Part shown: positions 49,841-60,567 of the stretch, piece by piece | Layout of the letters: every line of letters begins with the position of its first letter | Numbering within the stretch: position 1 is the first letter of the stretch | Origin: Spirochaetaceae bacterium | Lineage (GTDB): Bacteria > Spirochaetota > Spirochaetia > DSM-2461 | Direction of reading: 5' to 3' | Assembly: GCA_965224705.1 (NCBI GenBank) | Contig: OZ245056.1 | Span: 1,056,001 to 1,120,000, forward strand | DNA length: 64,000 nucleotides | Program-made: the position numbers and the translations under genes | The notes under the pieces: model-generated | Told to the model about the DNA's origin: nothing | Database searches by the model: none | The model's input: only the letters and a program-made list of their open reading frames with translations

Positions 49841-50851
49841 ATGAATAAAAGAACGATGATCGTTGCGGCCATGTTTGTTTGTGTCGGAAGTTTTCTGACG
49901 GCTGCCGGTACATCCGATGCCGATGCATTGGGAGAAGAGAAGACGATGAAGCTGGATATGAACGCCATCTATGGGGCTACCAGCTTCCATACGGAGGGGG
50001 CCATGGCTTTTGCGGCCCTCGTCAAAGAGTATAGCGGCGGCACTGTGGACATCACTGTGCATGCTGGCGGCAGCCTGGGCTTCAAGGGCCCGGAATTACT
50101 CAAGGTCGTTGGCGATGGTCAGTTGCCCATGAGCGACATCCTCATGGGAGGTGTCGCAGGCAGTGAGCATCTGTTCGGGCTCAGTTCCCTGCCCCGGCTG
50201 GCCGCGTCTTTCGAAGAAGCCCGGGCTCTCTACCAGGATTCCAAACCCCTCTATGAGAAGGCGGCAGCTAAATGGAACCAAAAATTTCTCTATGCCGCAC
50301 CCTGGCCCCCCAGTGGATTGGTCACCAAAATTCCCGTTGCCGGATCCAGTGACATCGACGGTCTGAAGACCCGGACATACGACAAGAACGGGGCCAATTT
50401 CCTTAAAGAACTGGGTGCCGCGCCCGTGGCCCTGCCATGGGGAGAGGTCTACTCATCTCTGAGAACCGGTATGATCGATTCGGTTCTGACATCGGCGGAA
50501 TCGACCAAAAACGGCAAGTTCTGGGAGGTGCTGGATCATTTTACCAACATTAACTACGCCTTTCCGCTGAACATGGTTACCATAAATACCGATTACTGGG
50601 AGGCTCTGTCCGGGAATCAGCAGGAAGCCATCCTCAAGGCGGCGGCGGAAACGGAAAAGACACAGTGGGAAAAAGCTCAAACCACAACCCGGGAAGCTCT
50701 GGCTGTCATCAAAGAGAACGGATTCACCACCGCCGAACCAGGGGATAGTTTTTCCGCCGAAATGGACGAAGTCGCTAAAATTATTGTGGATGAATTTGCC
50801 GGCCAGGCGGATGAGGAAACACGATCCATCCTTGCGACCTATGCACAATGA
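49841..50851 (+). CDS. dctP: TRAP transporter substrate-binding protein
   Basis: Signal peptide; GLKTR, PVALPWGEVYSSL..G.ID. Confidence 0.9.
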   Translation: MNKRTMIVAAMFVCVGSFLTAAGTSDADALGEEKTMKLDMNAIYGATSFHTEGAMAFAALVKEYSGGTVDITVHAGGSLGFKGPELLKVVGDGQLPMSDILMGGVAGSEHLFGLSSLPRLAASFEEARALYQDSKPLYEKAAAKWNQKFLYAAPWPPSGLVTKIPVAGSSDIDGLKTRTYDKNGANFLKELGAAPVALPWGEVYSSLRTGMIDSVLTSAESTKNGKFWEVLDHFTNINYAFPLNMVTINTDYWEALSGNQQEAILKAAAETEKTQWEKAQTTTREALAVIKENGFTTAEPGDSFSAEMDEVAKIIVDEFAGQADEETRSILATYAQ

Positions 50852-51324
50852 AAAAATTCATCGCTATGATAGAAAAGTTCTCACTTCTGGGAGCTTTTCT
50901 ATCGGCCCTGTTTTTAATTCTTATCGTCGTACTGATCGCCGTGGAAATCGTCTCTCGGGCAGTTTTTAACACATCAATTCTGATTGCCATCGAGTACAGT
51001 GCCTATTTCTTCATCGGTGTGGTTTTGCTGGGCCTGGCCTACACATTGAAGGAGGAAGGGCATATACGAATTACTCTGGTTACATCAATTTTGGGACGGA
51101 GGGCGCAGCTTGTCCTGGATGTCCTGGCCTCCCTGACGGCTATTGCCCTGACAACATTTGCCTTCTACCATGCCTCTATTATGGTATATGACTCCTGGCG
51201 GCTCGGCATACGGGTCGATTCCATTTCAGAACCTCCCCTCTTCCTGTCCCAGTTGGTGATTCCCATTGGCCTGCTCATGCTCGATTTGCAGATGGCGGCA
51301 CGTGTTCTCAGGAGGCTTTCATGA
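50848..51324 (+). CDS. dctQ: TRAP transporter small permease
   Basis: Four TM segments; GHIRI motif. Confidence 0.9.
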   Translation: MKKFIAMIEKFSLLGAFLSALFLILIVVLIAVEIVSRAVFNTSILIAIEYSAYFFIGVVLLGLAYTLKEEGHIRITLVTSILGRRAQLVLDVLASLTAIALTTFAFYHASIMVYDSWRLGIRVDSISEPPLFLSQLVIPIGLLMLDLQMAARVLRRLS

Positions 51325-52658
51325 TTTCTGATCCTTTACTTATGTCCATAGTCCTATTCGGCTTCATGTTCCTGTGTCTGTTTTCCGGTCTGTGGATAGG
51401 ATTTTCCCTGCTGTGTACCGGAATCTTCGGAATGCTGGTCTTCGATCTGAACCTCCCTCCGATTATATCGGTCTGGGAGAAGATCGGGGGCCTGCTGGCT
51501 AATTCTATCTACAACTCCACAAATTCCTGGTCCCTAATGGCCCTTCCCCTGTTCATTTTAATGGGAGAACTCCTCTACAGGACTGCGATATCCGACAAGC
51601 TGTTCAACGGCCTGCTTCCCTGGCTTTCAAGGATCCCGGGCCGCCTCCTTCACATCAATGTATTTGCCTGTTCCCTCTTTGCCGCCGTATCCGGGTCGAG
51701 TGCCGCCACAACGGCCACCGTCGGCAAGATAACTCTGGTTGAATTATCCAGGCGGGGATACAATAAAAGCCTGACCATCGGCTCCCTCGCTGGAGCCGGA
51801 ACCCTTGGCTTTCTCATCCCCCCCAGTTTGATTATGATTATCTACGGGATTCTTTCCGATACATCTATTGGGAAATTGTTTATCTCCGGGATAGTTCCCG
51901 GACTCATTCTTGCCGGAGCTTATTCCCTCTACATTATAATTGTCTCTTTGATCCATCCATCCTCAATACCATCAGGGGAAGATAGCTACACTTTTAAGGA
52001 AAAGCTTTCAACACTCAGGGATATTGTTCCCGTTTTGGGGCTGATTTTCGCCGTTCTGGGAGGTATTTACCTGGGCATCACCACCCCAACGGAAGCGGGG
52101 GTTGTCGGTGTTATAGGTTCCCTGATTCTGGCCCTGGCTTTCAGAAGCCTGACCTGGACCAATTTCAAGGAGGCCCTCAGCAATTCCGTCAAAACAACCT
52201 GCATGATCTGCTTCATCATTCTGTCGGCTTCCTTTCTGTCCCAGGTAGTCGGCTTCGTGGGGATCGCCCGGGCCATCAGCACCTACATTGTTGAGCTGAA
52301 CCTTTCCCCCTACCTGCTGATTCTGGTGGTGGGCCTGATGTACCTCATCCTCGGCATGATACTGGACGGCATTTCCATTGTCGTCATGACTCTTCCCATT
52401 GTACTTCCCGTTGTGCTGGATGCCGGATTCGAACCGCTTTGGTTCGGCGTTTTCCTGGTTTTCATGGTGGAACTGGCGCAGATAACACCGCCGGTGGGAT
52501 TCAGCATCTTCGTCATTCAGGGCATATCTAACGAAAAGGTCAGTACAATTCTGAAGGCTTCTTTTCCCTTCTTCATCATCTTGCTGCTGATGGTGATTAC
52601 GGTAACCCTGTTTCCAGGACTGATTTCCTATTTACCGGAAAAAATGGTGGGAGGGTAG
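51321..52658 (+). CDS. dctM: TRAP transporter large permease
   Basis: ALPLFILMG, SGSSAAT, LIPPS, TPTEA, ITPPVG. Confidence 0.93.
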   Translation: MISDPLLMSIVLFGFMFLCLFSGLWIGFSLLCTGIFGMLVFDLNLPPIISVWEKIGGLLANSIYNSTNSWSLMALPLFILMGELLYRTAISDKLFNGLLPWLSRIPGRLLHINVFACSLFAAVSGSSAATTATVGKITLVELSRRGYNKSLTIGSLAGAGTLGFLIPPSLIMIIYGILSDTSIGKLFISGIVPGLILAGAYSLYIIIVSLIHPSSIPSGEDSYTFKEKLSTLRDIVPVLGLIFAVLGGIYLGITTPTEAGVVGVIGSLILALAFRSLTWTNFKEALSNSVKTTCMICFIILSASFLSQVVGFVGIARAISTYIVELNLSPYLLILVVGLMYLILGMILDGISIVVMTLPIVLPVVLDAGFEPLWFGVFLVFMVELAQITPPVGFSIFVIQGISNEKVSTILKASFPFFIILLLMVITVTLFPGLISYLPEKMVGG

Positions 52659-52716
52659 GACGTATCGGCTCATTCCATTCCGGCACCGCAGCCGCAAGCT
52701 GTGACACAATGGGCAA

Positions 52717-52879
52717 GGAGTCTGTTGGACTTTAAGACTTCGAGGCGATTTTTGATGATTTTTTTTCTGATACGAGGCGGCGAAAACGAACGAAGGCGGC
52801 TCTTCAGAAGCAAGCAGGAGGCTTGCTCCTGAAGAGAAGGGCAAAAATCGAGCCGTGAGACGTAAGTCCGACAGGCTCC
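52717..52879 (+). mobile_element. MITE, short internally deleted form
   Basis: Both TIRs present; lacks the central ~125 bp. Confidence 0.85.
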
Positions 52880-52957
52880 TGGGCTTCCCCTCCTTACGAG
52901 CTTTCATAGCGCACTACATGAACATTTTAAGCGGATTTTTCAACGCCGTATGCGACC

Positions 52958-54715
52958 TCAGAACTGGGCGCGAAACGCCCCCTCACTTGCCTCCAGAGCC
53001 AGTGCCTTGCCGCGAAAGCCCACCCCGTAGATGACAGTTTTCTCCGGGTTCCACTTCTCCTGCGCCCCCTCCAGGTATTTCTGCTCCGCCTGGGAATAGG
53101 CCTCCTGTGCCAGCTGCTTGAGCGGTGTGGTTCCGGCGGCAGGCTCCCGTTTGAACTCGAACAGCAGAACATGACCCGGCCGCCCGGAGCTGCGTTGGAT
53201 CAATACGATGTCGGGGCGGCCCATGCCGCATTCCCGGTTGCTCTCCACCGTGTACTCGCCGCTCAGGTAGGCCAGCATCCCCAGTACCAGGCCGTGGTAG
53301 AAGCCCTCCGCTCGCTTCTTTTCTTCTTTTTCGCCCTGGGAGGCGGTATCGTGGAAGCTGGCAAGGCCCAGGAGAATTTCCCCAAGACCCTCCGCTATCA
53401 GGGTCGCGTCCCCTTCCCTGATGCCGCGGATGAAAGAATGAAAGGATTCGCCTGCCTCCACATCCTCCTCCAGCCAGTCCTTGATTGTGGTCATGTAGGA
53501 ATAGCGTACCTCGCGGTTGGGGATATCCAGCCGGTAGTCCTGGCTTATCTCGTGCTGTCGCCTTTCGCTGGCCTTGAGATAGCCGCCGTGGAGCAGGAAA
53601 CTCCACGCCACATCCGGGCGGGTTCGTATCTGCGGGTAGACGATGTTGACCGCTACCTCCCGCCTGACCTCCTCTCCCTTAAGCAGCCTCTCCATGGTTT
53701 CCCGGCTGTCCCTTTTGTTCAGCTGCAGCGTTTCCTTCACCATCCTGTTGGCACTGGTGTGCACCCAGTAGGGACGCAGCCCGGCCGATGGCCTCCTGAG
53801 GTAATTGACTATGCTCCAGGGATTGTAAATGATCGTGTCCCCGCCGAAAATGTAGCCGTTGTACCATTCTCTGATGCCGTCCATCCTGTCCCCAAGCTCA
53901 TAGTAGTCCGCCATGGCCTCCACTTCGGGTTCCGTGAAGCCGAAACAGTCCTCCATTTCGGGATCGAGCAGGGTGGACACCGCCGGATTGTTGAAGTCGC
54001 TGAAGATGCTCTCCTGGGCCACTTTGAGTATGCCGATGACCACCGCCTGCTTCAAATTGGGGTTGTCCTTGAAGCTCTGCACCATGAAGCTGCGGATGAA
54101 GGCGATCATCTCATCGTAGAACTTGTCGGTGTAGGCGGCGTGCAGCGGGGTATCGTACTCGTCCAGAAGGATGTAGACCGGTTTGTTGTAGGCGCGCTTC
54201 AACCAGGTGGAGAGGAGTTTTATGGATTGCTCGCAGTCCTGATCAGTGCTTTTTCTTTGCAGCATCCTGATAAAACATTCTTGATCAGCATCATCCAGCA
54301 TGCCGGAATTCTGCAGGTATTGATGTCTACGGAATTCATCGGAAAGCATATCCTTGATAAGTGCCATGCAATCTTCATGATTCGATTTTTTCACGTCCTT
54401 GAAGCTTAAATGTATCACCGGATACTGCCCCATGTATTCGCGGCATCGGGGATGTTTTGATATGGACATGCCATTGAACAAAGGCGCATTGGGTGGTGGA
54501 TCGCTGCTGCCGCCGCCTAGTGGCGAGGCCTCAAAGAAGTAGCGGATCATGCTGAGGTTCAGGGTTTTGCCGAAGCGCCGGGGGCGGGTGATGAGATGCA
54601 CCTTGCTGGGGTCATTGATAAGATGCGCTATGAGATGGGTTTTATCGACAAAGTAGCAATTATTGTCAATGAATTCCTTGTAATCGGTGATGCCCTGAGT
54701 CAGATTCTTTTTCAT
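52958..54715 (-). CDS. AAA-ATPase-like + PD-(D/E)XK nuclease protein, copy 1
   Basis: RPRRFGKT, LLDEYD, YNPWS, GRPDIVL...FEFK. Confidence 0.9.
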   Translation of the reverse strand: MKKNLTQGITDYKEFIDNNCYFVDKTHLIAHLINDPSKVHLITRPRRFGKTLNLSMIRYFFEASPLGGGSSDPPPNAPLFNGMSISKHPRCREYMGQYPVIHLSFKDVKKSNHEDCMALIKDMLSDEFRRHQYLQNSGMLDDADQECFIRMLQRKSTDQDCEQSIKLLSTWLKRAYNKPVYILLDEYDTPLHAAYTDKFYDEMIAFIRSFMVQSFKDNPNLKQAVVIGILKVAQESIFSDFNNPAVSTLLDPEMEDCFGFTEPEVEAMADYYELGDRMDGIREWYNGYIFGGDTIIYNPWSIVNYLRRPSAGLRPYWVHTSANRMVKETLQLNKRDSRETMERLLKGEEVRREVAVNIVYPQIRTRPDVAWSFLLHGGYLKASERRQHEISQDYRLDIPNREVRYSYMTTIKDWLEEDVEAGESFHSFIRGIREGDATLIAEGLGEILLGLASFHDTASQGEKEEKKRAEGFYHGLVLGMLAYLSGEYTVESNRECGMGRPDIVLIQRSSGRPGHVLLFEFKREPAAGTTPLKQLAQEAYSQAEQKYLEGAQEKWNPEKTVIYGVGFRGKALALEASEGAFRAQF

Positions 54716-54894
54716 GACGTCTTTAGCATAGCATGGTTTTGTGAGTGGCCGCTCGGGCCGCTGGGCCTAAACTTTCTTTTTTTTCGACAAAAAGAAAGTT
54801 TAACAAAGAAAAATACGACTCAAGGGGGTGTCCCCCTTGAGAATCCCCCCTGTGTTCCGTGAAAAGCAGCTTTTTACGCCGTATGCGGGTCAAC

Positions 54895-56652
54895 TCAGAA
54901 CTGGGCGCGAAGCGCCCCTCCGCCTGCCTCCAGAGCCAGTTCCTTACCGCGGAAGCCCACCCCGTAGATGATAATCTTTTCCGGGTTCCACTTCTCCTGT
55001 GCCCCCTCCAGGTATTTTTTCTCCGCCTGGGAATAGGCCTCCCGTGCCAGCTGCTTGAGCGGTGTGGTTCCGGCGGCAGGCTCCCGTTTGAACTCGAACA
55101 GCAGAACATGACCCGGCCGCCCGGAGCCGCGCTGAATCAATACGATGTCGGGGCGGCCCATGCCGCATTCCCGGTTGCTCTCCACCGTGTACTCGCCGCT
55201 CAGGTAGGCCAGCATCCCCAGTACCAGTCCGTGGTAGAAGCCCTCCGCTCGCTTCTTTTCTTCTTTTTCGCCCTGGGAGGCGGTATCGTGGAAGCTGGCA
55301 AGGCCCAGGAGAATCTCCCCAAGACCCTCCTCTATCAGGGTCGCGTCCCCTTCCCTGATGCCGCGGATAAAGGAATGAAAGGACTCGCCTGCCTCTACAT
55401 CCTCCTCCAGCCAGTCCTTGATTGTGGTCATGTAGGAATAGCGTACCTCTCGGTTGGGAATTTCCAGCCGGTAGTCCTGGCTTATCTCGTGCTGCTGCCT
55501 TTCGCTGGCCTTCAGATAGCCGCCGTGGAGCAGGAAGCTCCATGCCACATCCGGGCGGGTTCGTATCTGCGGGTAGACGATGTTGACCGCTACCTCCCGC
55601 CTGACCTCCTCTCCCTTAAGCAGCCTCTCCATGGTTTCCCGGCTGTCCCTTTTGTTCAGCTGCAGCGTTTCCTTCACCATCCTGTTGGCACTGGTGTGCA
55701 CCCAGTAGGGACGCAGCCCGGCCGATGGCCTCCTGAGGTAATTGACTATGCTCCAGGGATTGTAAATGATCGTGTCCCCGCCGAAAATGTAGCCGTTGTA
55801 CCATTCTCTGATGCCGTCCATCCTGTCCCCAAGCTCATAGTAGTCCGCCATGGCCTCCACTTCGGGTTCCGTGAAGCCGAAACAGTCCTCCATTTCGGGA
55901 TCGAGCAGGGTGGACACCGCCGGATTGTTGAAGTCGCTGAAGATGCTCTCCTGGGCCACTTTGAGTATGCCGATGACCACCGCCTGCTTCAAATTGGGGT
56001 TGTCCTTGAAGCTCTGCACCATGAAGCTGCGGATGAAGGCGATCATCTCATCGTAGAACTTGTCGGTGTAGGCGGCGTGCAGCGGGGTATCGTACTCGTC
56101 CAGAAGGATGTAGACCGGTTTGCCGTAGGCGCGCTTAAGCCAGGAGGAAAGGTATTTTATCGACTGTGCGCAGTTCTGATCAGTGCCTTTTTTATTCGAT
56201 ATTTTGAGAAATAATTCTTTATCAATTTCGCGCAGCACTTCACAGTCCTGCAAGTATTCATGTCGCTGATATTCTGCGGAGAGCATATCCTTGATGATCT
56301 CCATGCACTCCGTATGCGAAGAACCCTTGGCATCCTTGAAACTCAAGTGTATTACCGGATACTGCCCCATGTATTCGCGGCATTGGGGGTGTTTTGATAT
56401 GGACATGTCGTTGAACAATGAGGCATTGGGCGGCGCACTGCCGCTGCCGCCGCCCGGTGGGGGGGCCTCAAAAAAGTAGCGGATCATGCTCAGGTTCAGG
56501 GTTTTGCCGAAGCGGCGGGGGCGGGTGATGAGGTGCACTTCGCTGGGGTCGTCGATAAGGCAGCCGATGAAATGGGTTTTATCGACAAAGTAGCAGTTAT
56601 TGTCGATGAATTTCTTGAAATCGGTGATGCCCTGAGTCAGATTCTTTTTCAT
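54895..56652 (-). CDS. AAA-ATPase-like + PD-(D/E)XK nuclease protein, copy 2
   Basis: Same motifs; tandem duplicate at offset 1937 that includes the upstream region. Confidence 0.9.
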   Translation of the reverse strand: MKKNLTQGITDFKKFIDNNCYFVDKTHFIGCLIDDPSEVHLITRPRRFGKTLNLSMIRYFFEAPPPGGGSGSAPPNASLFNDMSISKHPQCREYMGQYPVIHLSFKDAKGSSHTECMEIIKDMLSAEYQRHEYLQDCEVLREIDKELFLKISNKKGTDQNCAQSIKYLSSWLKRAYGKPVYILLDEYDTPLHAAYTDKFYDEMIAFIRSFMVQSFKDNPNLKQAVVIGILKVAQESIFSDFNNPAVSTLLDPEMEDCFGFTEPEVEAMADYYELGDRMDGIREWYNGYIFGGDTIIYNPWSIVNYLRRPSAGLRPYWVHTSANRMVKETLQLNKRDSRETMERLLKGEEVRREVAVNIVYPQIRTRPDVAWSFLLHGGYLKASERQQHEISQDYRLEIPNREVRYSYMTTIKDWLEEDVEAGESFHSFIRGIREGDATLIEEGLGEILLGLASFHDTASQGEKEEKKRAEGFYHGLVLGMLAYLSGEYTVESNRECGMGRPDIVLIQRGSGRPGHVLLFEFKREPAAGTTPLKQLAREAYSQAEKKYLEGAQEKWNPEKIIIYGVGFRGKELALEAGGGALRAQF

Positions 56653-56942
56653 GACATCTTTAGCATAGCATGGTTTTGTGGGTGGCCGCTCGGGCCGCTG
56701 GGCCTAAACTTTCTTTTTTTTCGACAAAAAGAAAGTTTAACAAAGAAAAATACGACTCAAGGGGGCACCCCCTTGAGAATCCCCCCCCCTGCGCTTCGTT
56801 GTATTATTTTTATTTATCTCCTAAAGACTCTGGTAGACTTCACATATCGTCGAAGCGTAATACGAAGCATATTCATGGTGAGAGCTGTCGCTGGTTAGGT
56901 GCTTATCAGACTGACGGTGGTGTCAAGTCAGTATTGCAGCCC

Positions 56943-57155
56943 CTACTCCTCATCCCTCTCATATTCCAGCAAATCCCCCGGCTGACAGTCCAATTCCCGG
57001 CAGATGGCCTCCAGGGTGTTGATGCGCAATGCTCTGGCCTTGCCGGTTTTCAGGATGGACAAGTTGGTGTTGGTTATGCCGACCCGTTCCGCCAGTTCGC
57101 CGAGGGAAATTTTTCTGTCCACCATCACCCGGTCCAGACGGAAGATGATTCCCAT
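56943..57155 (-). CDS. XRE-family HTH regulator (YozG-like)
   Basis: LAERVGITNTNLSILKTGKA...CQPGDLL. Confidence 0.92.
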   Translation of the reverse strand: MGIIFRLDRVMVDRKISLGELAERVGITNTNLSILKTGKARALRINTLEAICRELDCQPGDLLEYERDEE

Positions 57156-57165
57156 CAAAACTCCT

Positions 57166-57642
57166 TCAGACCGTCAGGTCGTGTTCTTCCTGAAGTGCCG
57201 TTCCTTCTTTGAAGACCTCGCAGAGCATCAGGAGCAGCAGACTGACAAAAAGTGCCCCAAGCTGGAAGGTGATGATGGAAAAGATCAGCAGGAACTTCCC
57301 CACTTCCCGAATCAGCGTAACATTCTCTTTTTGGAAGACCTGCTCTCGCCGAAAGTTTTCAAACAGGTTCCGGCACTTGCGGATGATCACCAGAAGCAGA
57401 ACCAGGGCCACCACCGCATAGGGTACCATCAGCAGCTTAAAAATCAGCGGCAAATTCACCATGTCCTGCCAGTCTGGATCATCATTGAAGTCTGCTATCA
57501 AGGCCTGGGTTTCGGGCGGTAAGAACAGCATCAGAAAAAAAATGATTCCTGCGATGACCCCGCCAATCAGAATCACGTACCAGACGATGTTCAGAACAAC
57601 GCTCATTACCGAAGAGAGGGATCGTTCCCCTAGATATTTCAT
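57166..57642 (-). CDS. DUF2975-like membrane protein
   Basis: TM segments; ends LQEEHDLTV; paired with the XRE gene. Confidence 0.85.
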   Translation of the reverse strand: MKYLGERSLSSVMSVVLNIVWYVILIGGVIAGIIFFLMLFLPPETQALIADFNDDPDWQDMVNLPLIFKLLMVPYAVVALVLLLVIIRKCRNLFENFRREQVFQKENVTLIREVGKFLLIFSIITFQLGALFVSLLLLMLCEVFKEGTALQEEHDLTV

Positions 57643-57663
57643 AACTCTTTCCTCCTACCGGGG

Positions 57664-57720
57664 AATATAATACGGTTGAGATTGAAAGTCAACAATAATT
57701 TATCGTTATTCGATGAAATT
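57664..57720 (-). promoter_or_regulatory. Promoter and probable XRE operator
   Basis: TTGACT-17 bp-TATATT; palindrome ATCG-N5-CGAT just upstream. Confidence 0.55.
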
Positions 57721-57949
57721 TATTCATTTTTCGAAAACAACGCCGGGAACATCCATGCCTCAATAGTCTTAAATTCTTCCGTGAGATTTCCGCTTGTTCC
57801 GCATCTGCTGCCATTCTTTTGTGCTGCCGGAAGAATTTCATGTACTGACAGAGATAAATCTCAAAACGGTAAGAGCTTGGTGAATCAAAGAAGCCGCTCT
57901 CGCTTCGTTGGGATTATGCATAGGTTGCTGAAAAACAATGAAAGAGACT

Positions 57950-58080
57950 GTTGTATTGGATGAACCATTCCAGTCAATTTCCACGCCGATGACGTCTCTG
58001 TAGAAGGCCACCATCTGTTTCAAGTCTCCAACAAACAGGCCATCATGTCGAATCTCGTTCCCATCGTATAAACTCCTCAT
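57950..58080 (-). pseudogene. VOC/glyoxalase N-terminal remnant
   Basis: GLFVGDLKQMVAFYRDVIG; the remainder does not look coding. Confidence 0.45.
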
Positions 58081-58125
58081 CTATGTTTTGAACTTGAACT
58101 TACAGCCTCAGTCTCAGAACTCTCT

Positions 58126-58749
58126 TTAGAGGTGTCCTTTATCCGTTATACTGCATTTGGGATGCTTGAGACGAAACTCCATCACCGTTGAAGCTCCGAA
58201 TCCCAGCAGCCAGCGCAAATAAGGAAATTTATCGGTTCGCACAGGAACAAAACCGCTCCTTTCATACAATCGTCGTGCAGCCGGATTTGTGTCGATAACA
58301 TCTAGTCGGACTGTGCTAAATCCCCTTTCCCGTGCGTGGTTCACTACGTCACTTAACAGCCTGCTGCCTATGCCTCGTCCACGATAGTCCTGATGAACGG
58401 CAATACCGTCCATTACGAGCTGCCCGGCCATCGGAGTTCTTTCATACAGGCTGAAAACAGTGGCGGCCCAAAGCCCTCGAACTAAACCCAACTCCTCGAA
58501 AAGCCGCCGTACTCCAATACCGCCAGTCAAGGATCCTTCACCTATATGAAAACCGGCGAGACCCACCAAATCCGTTCCCGCTATCGCAGTAACCGCAAAT
58601 TTACTAACGAACGTTCTTTCCAGGAGGGTCATACGGTCCACCTTAGACCTGATGGCCACCCTGAACTTTTCCCCAAATGCCTCATCGTACAACTGTGCGG
58701 CTGCTTTGAAGTGATCCGCCCTCAAGCCGATTTCATAAACAATGGACAT
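58126..58749 (-). CDS. GNAT acetyltransferase
   Basis: IAVHQDYRGRGIGSRLL, NPAARRLYERSGF. Confidence 0.9.
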   Translation of the reverse strand: MSIVYEIGLRADHFKAAAQLYDEAFGEKFRVAIRSKVDRMTLLERTFVSKFAVTAIAGTDLVGLAGFHIGEGSLTGGIGVRRLFEELGLVRGLWAATVFSLYERTPMAGQLVMDGIAVHQDYRGRGIGSRLLSDVVNHARERGFSTVRLDVIDTNPAARRLYERSGFVPVRTDKFPYLRWLLGFGASTVMEFRLKHPKCSITDKGHL

Positions 58750-58774
58750 CCTTGCGCCTCCTTACTCTCCGCTC

Positions 58775-58936
58775 GGAGTCTGTCGGACTTTAAGACTTCG
58801 AGGCGATTTTTGATGATTTTTTTCTGATGCAAGGCGGCGAAAACGAACGAAGGCGGCTCTCCAGAAGCAAGCAGGAGGCTTGCTTCTGGAGAGAAGGGCA
58901 AAAATCGAGCCGTGAGGCGTAAGTCAGACAGGCTCC
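58775..58936 (+). mobile_element. MITE, short form
   Basis: Same TIRs and same deletion as 52717-52879. Confidence 0.85.
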
Positions 58937-59083
58937 TTGAACAATGTGAATGCTTGATCCCATCGTAAGACAGCATACTGCGAATCATATGGTGATCATC
59001 ATAGTAAACACCATTAACTCTCACAACTCTCGGCTCAGTCCCCAAACCTTGAATCCAAAGTGCCATACAGTTTTTCCGCCCTG

Positions 59084-59203
59084 GGAGCCTGTCGGAGTTT
59101 AAGGCTTTGAGGCGATTTTGATGATTTTTTCCTGATGCAAGGCGACAAAAACGGAGCGTAGCTGGGCTGCGTGAGTATCTTGGCAGCGCAGCAGCAGGGA
59201 AAA
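59084..59203 (+). mobile_element. MITE, left-part copy
   Basis: GGAGCCTGTCGGAGTTT... homologous to 40498-40615. Confidence 0.7.
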
Positions 59204-59380
59204 TCATTCGCTTGTAACCGCAATTGACACGCGAGGCTGGGGGTGCAAGTATGGGCCATGCGTTCAGATGGAGGGCCAATCAGGTATATGGCGGAAAGCT
59301 GTCATGCTGCTGCTGGCGGGGAACATGAAGAAGGCAAGCTCTCGCGCTCTCTATCCCGCTGACCGAGAGGCCTGGACGGG

Positions 59381-60535
59381 ATGAAAGCATTTCGTCATCT
59401 CGGGAATGCGCAGATGGTCTTCGGCGCCGGTCAGGTCAACAATCTCATTAACTATCTACCAGGCCGCGGCCCACTCCTTGTGGTGACCGGCAGGCATCTT
59501 GCCGGTTCGGTCATCTGGAAAAATCTGGAGAATTGCCTCCAAGCCGCGGGAATCGTGTACACGCGGGAAACCGTCGATGGGGAACCCTCACCGGAAATGA
59601 TAGCCGAACTCACCGCGAGGGCTCGGAGTCAGAAAACGGAATCCATCGCGGCCATAGGCGGCGGGTCGGTGCTGGATGCCGGGAAGGCCGCAGCCGCTAT
59701 GCTCAAGCATGAACACAGGGTTGAAGACTACCTGGAAGGAGTGGGGGAAAGATCTCTCACAGGTGCCGCAGTTCCGGTGATTGCGGCTCCCACCACCGCC
59801 GGTACCGGAAGCGAAGCCACCAAGAACGCCGTTATCAGCAGGCGGGGAAAGGGCGGCTTTAAGAGGTCTCTCCGGCACGATGCCTTCATACCCCGAACCG
59901 CCATCATCGATCCGGTTCTGGCCGTGGGCTGTCCGCCGATGGTGAGTCTCGCCTGCGGCATGGACGCGCTTTGTCAGCTGCTTGAATCATTCATCTCCAC
60001 TGACGCCACCCCCCTCACCAGACTCCTGGCCAGAGACGGCCTGCTCCATTTCGGCAGGGGAAGCCGACTTTTCTCCGAACAATGCTATGGAGGGGCGGAT
60101 GAACTGGAACTGAGAGGTGAACTCGCGCTGGCGGCTTATTTCTCTGGGCTGGCTCTGGCCAACGCCGGTCTGGGTACGGTCCATGGCCTTGCCGGTCCCC
60201 TGGGAGCTTTATCCAGGGCGCCTCATGGCGTTGTCTGCGGTTTGCTGCTGGGGCCGATTTTCCGGCGTCTGGTCCGCCTGCTGGGTGATTCCCCGGAAGG
60301 TGGGCATACCCTGCGGGCCCTTGAGAGTGCTGGGACCGCCCTGTTTCCTGGAGAAACGAATGTGGACCGTATGTTGGACAAATGTGAATCCTGGGCCGAT
60401 GCGTTGCCGCGATTGTCCTCCTACGGTCTGTCGAAAGAAGATCTGGATGCGGCTGTTACGGCCTCAACCAATAAGAGCTTTCCTGTTAGACTCAGTGAAG
60501 ACGATCGCCGCGCCGCCCTGGCGGAGATTTATTAA
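59381..60535 (+). CDS. Iron-containing alcohol dehydrogenase
   Basis: GGGSVLD, PTTAGTGSE, GLGTVHG, HG. Confidence 0.9.
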   Translation: MKAFRHLGNAQMVFGAGQVNNLINYLPGRGPLLVVTGRHLAGSVIWKNLENCLQAAGIVYTRETVDGEPSPEMIAELTARARSQKTESIAAIGGGSVLDAGKAAAAMLKHEHRVEDYLEGVGERSLTGAAVPVIAAPTTAGTGSEATKNAVISRRGKGGFKRSLRHDAFIPRTAIIDPVLAVGCPPMVSLACGMDALCQLLESFISTDATPLTRLLARDGLLHFGRGSRLFSEQCYGGADELELRGELALAAYFSGLALANAGLGTVHGLAGPLGALSRAPHGVVCGLLLGPIFRRLVRLLGDSPEGGHTLRALESAGTALFPGETNVDRMLDKCESWADALPRLSSYGLSKEDLDAAVTASTNKSFPVRLSEDDRRAALAEIY

Positions 60536-60567
60536 GCCTGCGCAGTATAAGAAAGGAAATTTCCATA

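Noticed and set aside
53171..56214. 412- and 451-aa plus-strand ORFs
   Set aside because: Antisense shadows of the GC-rich AAA-ATPase genes.
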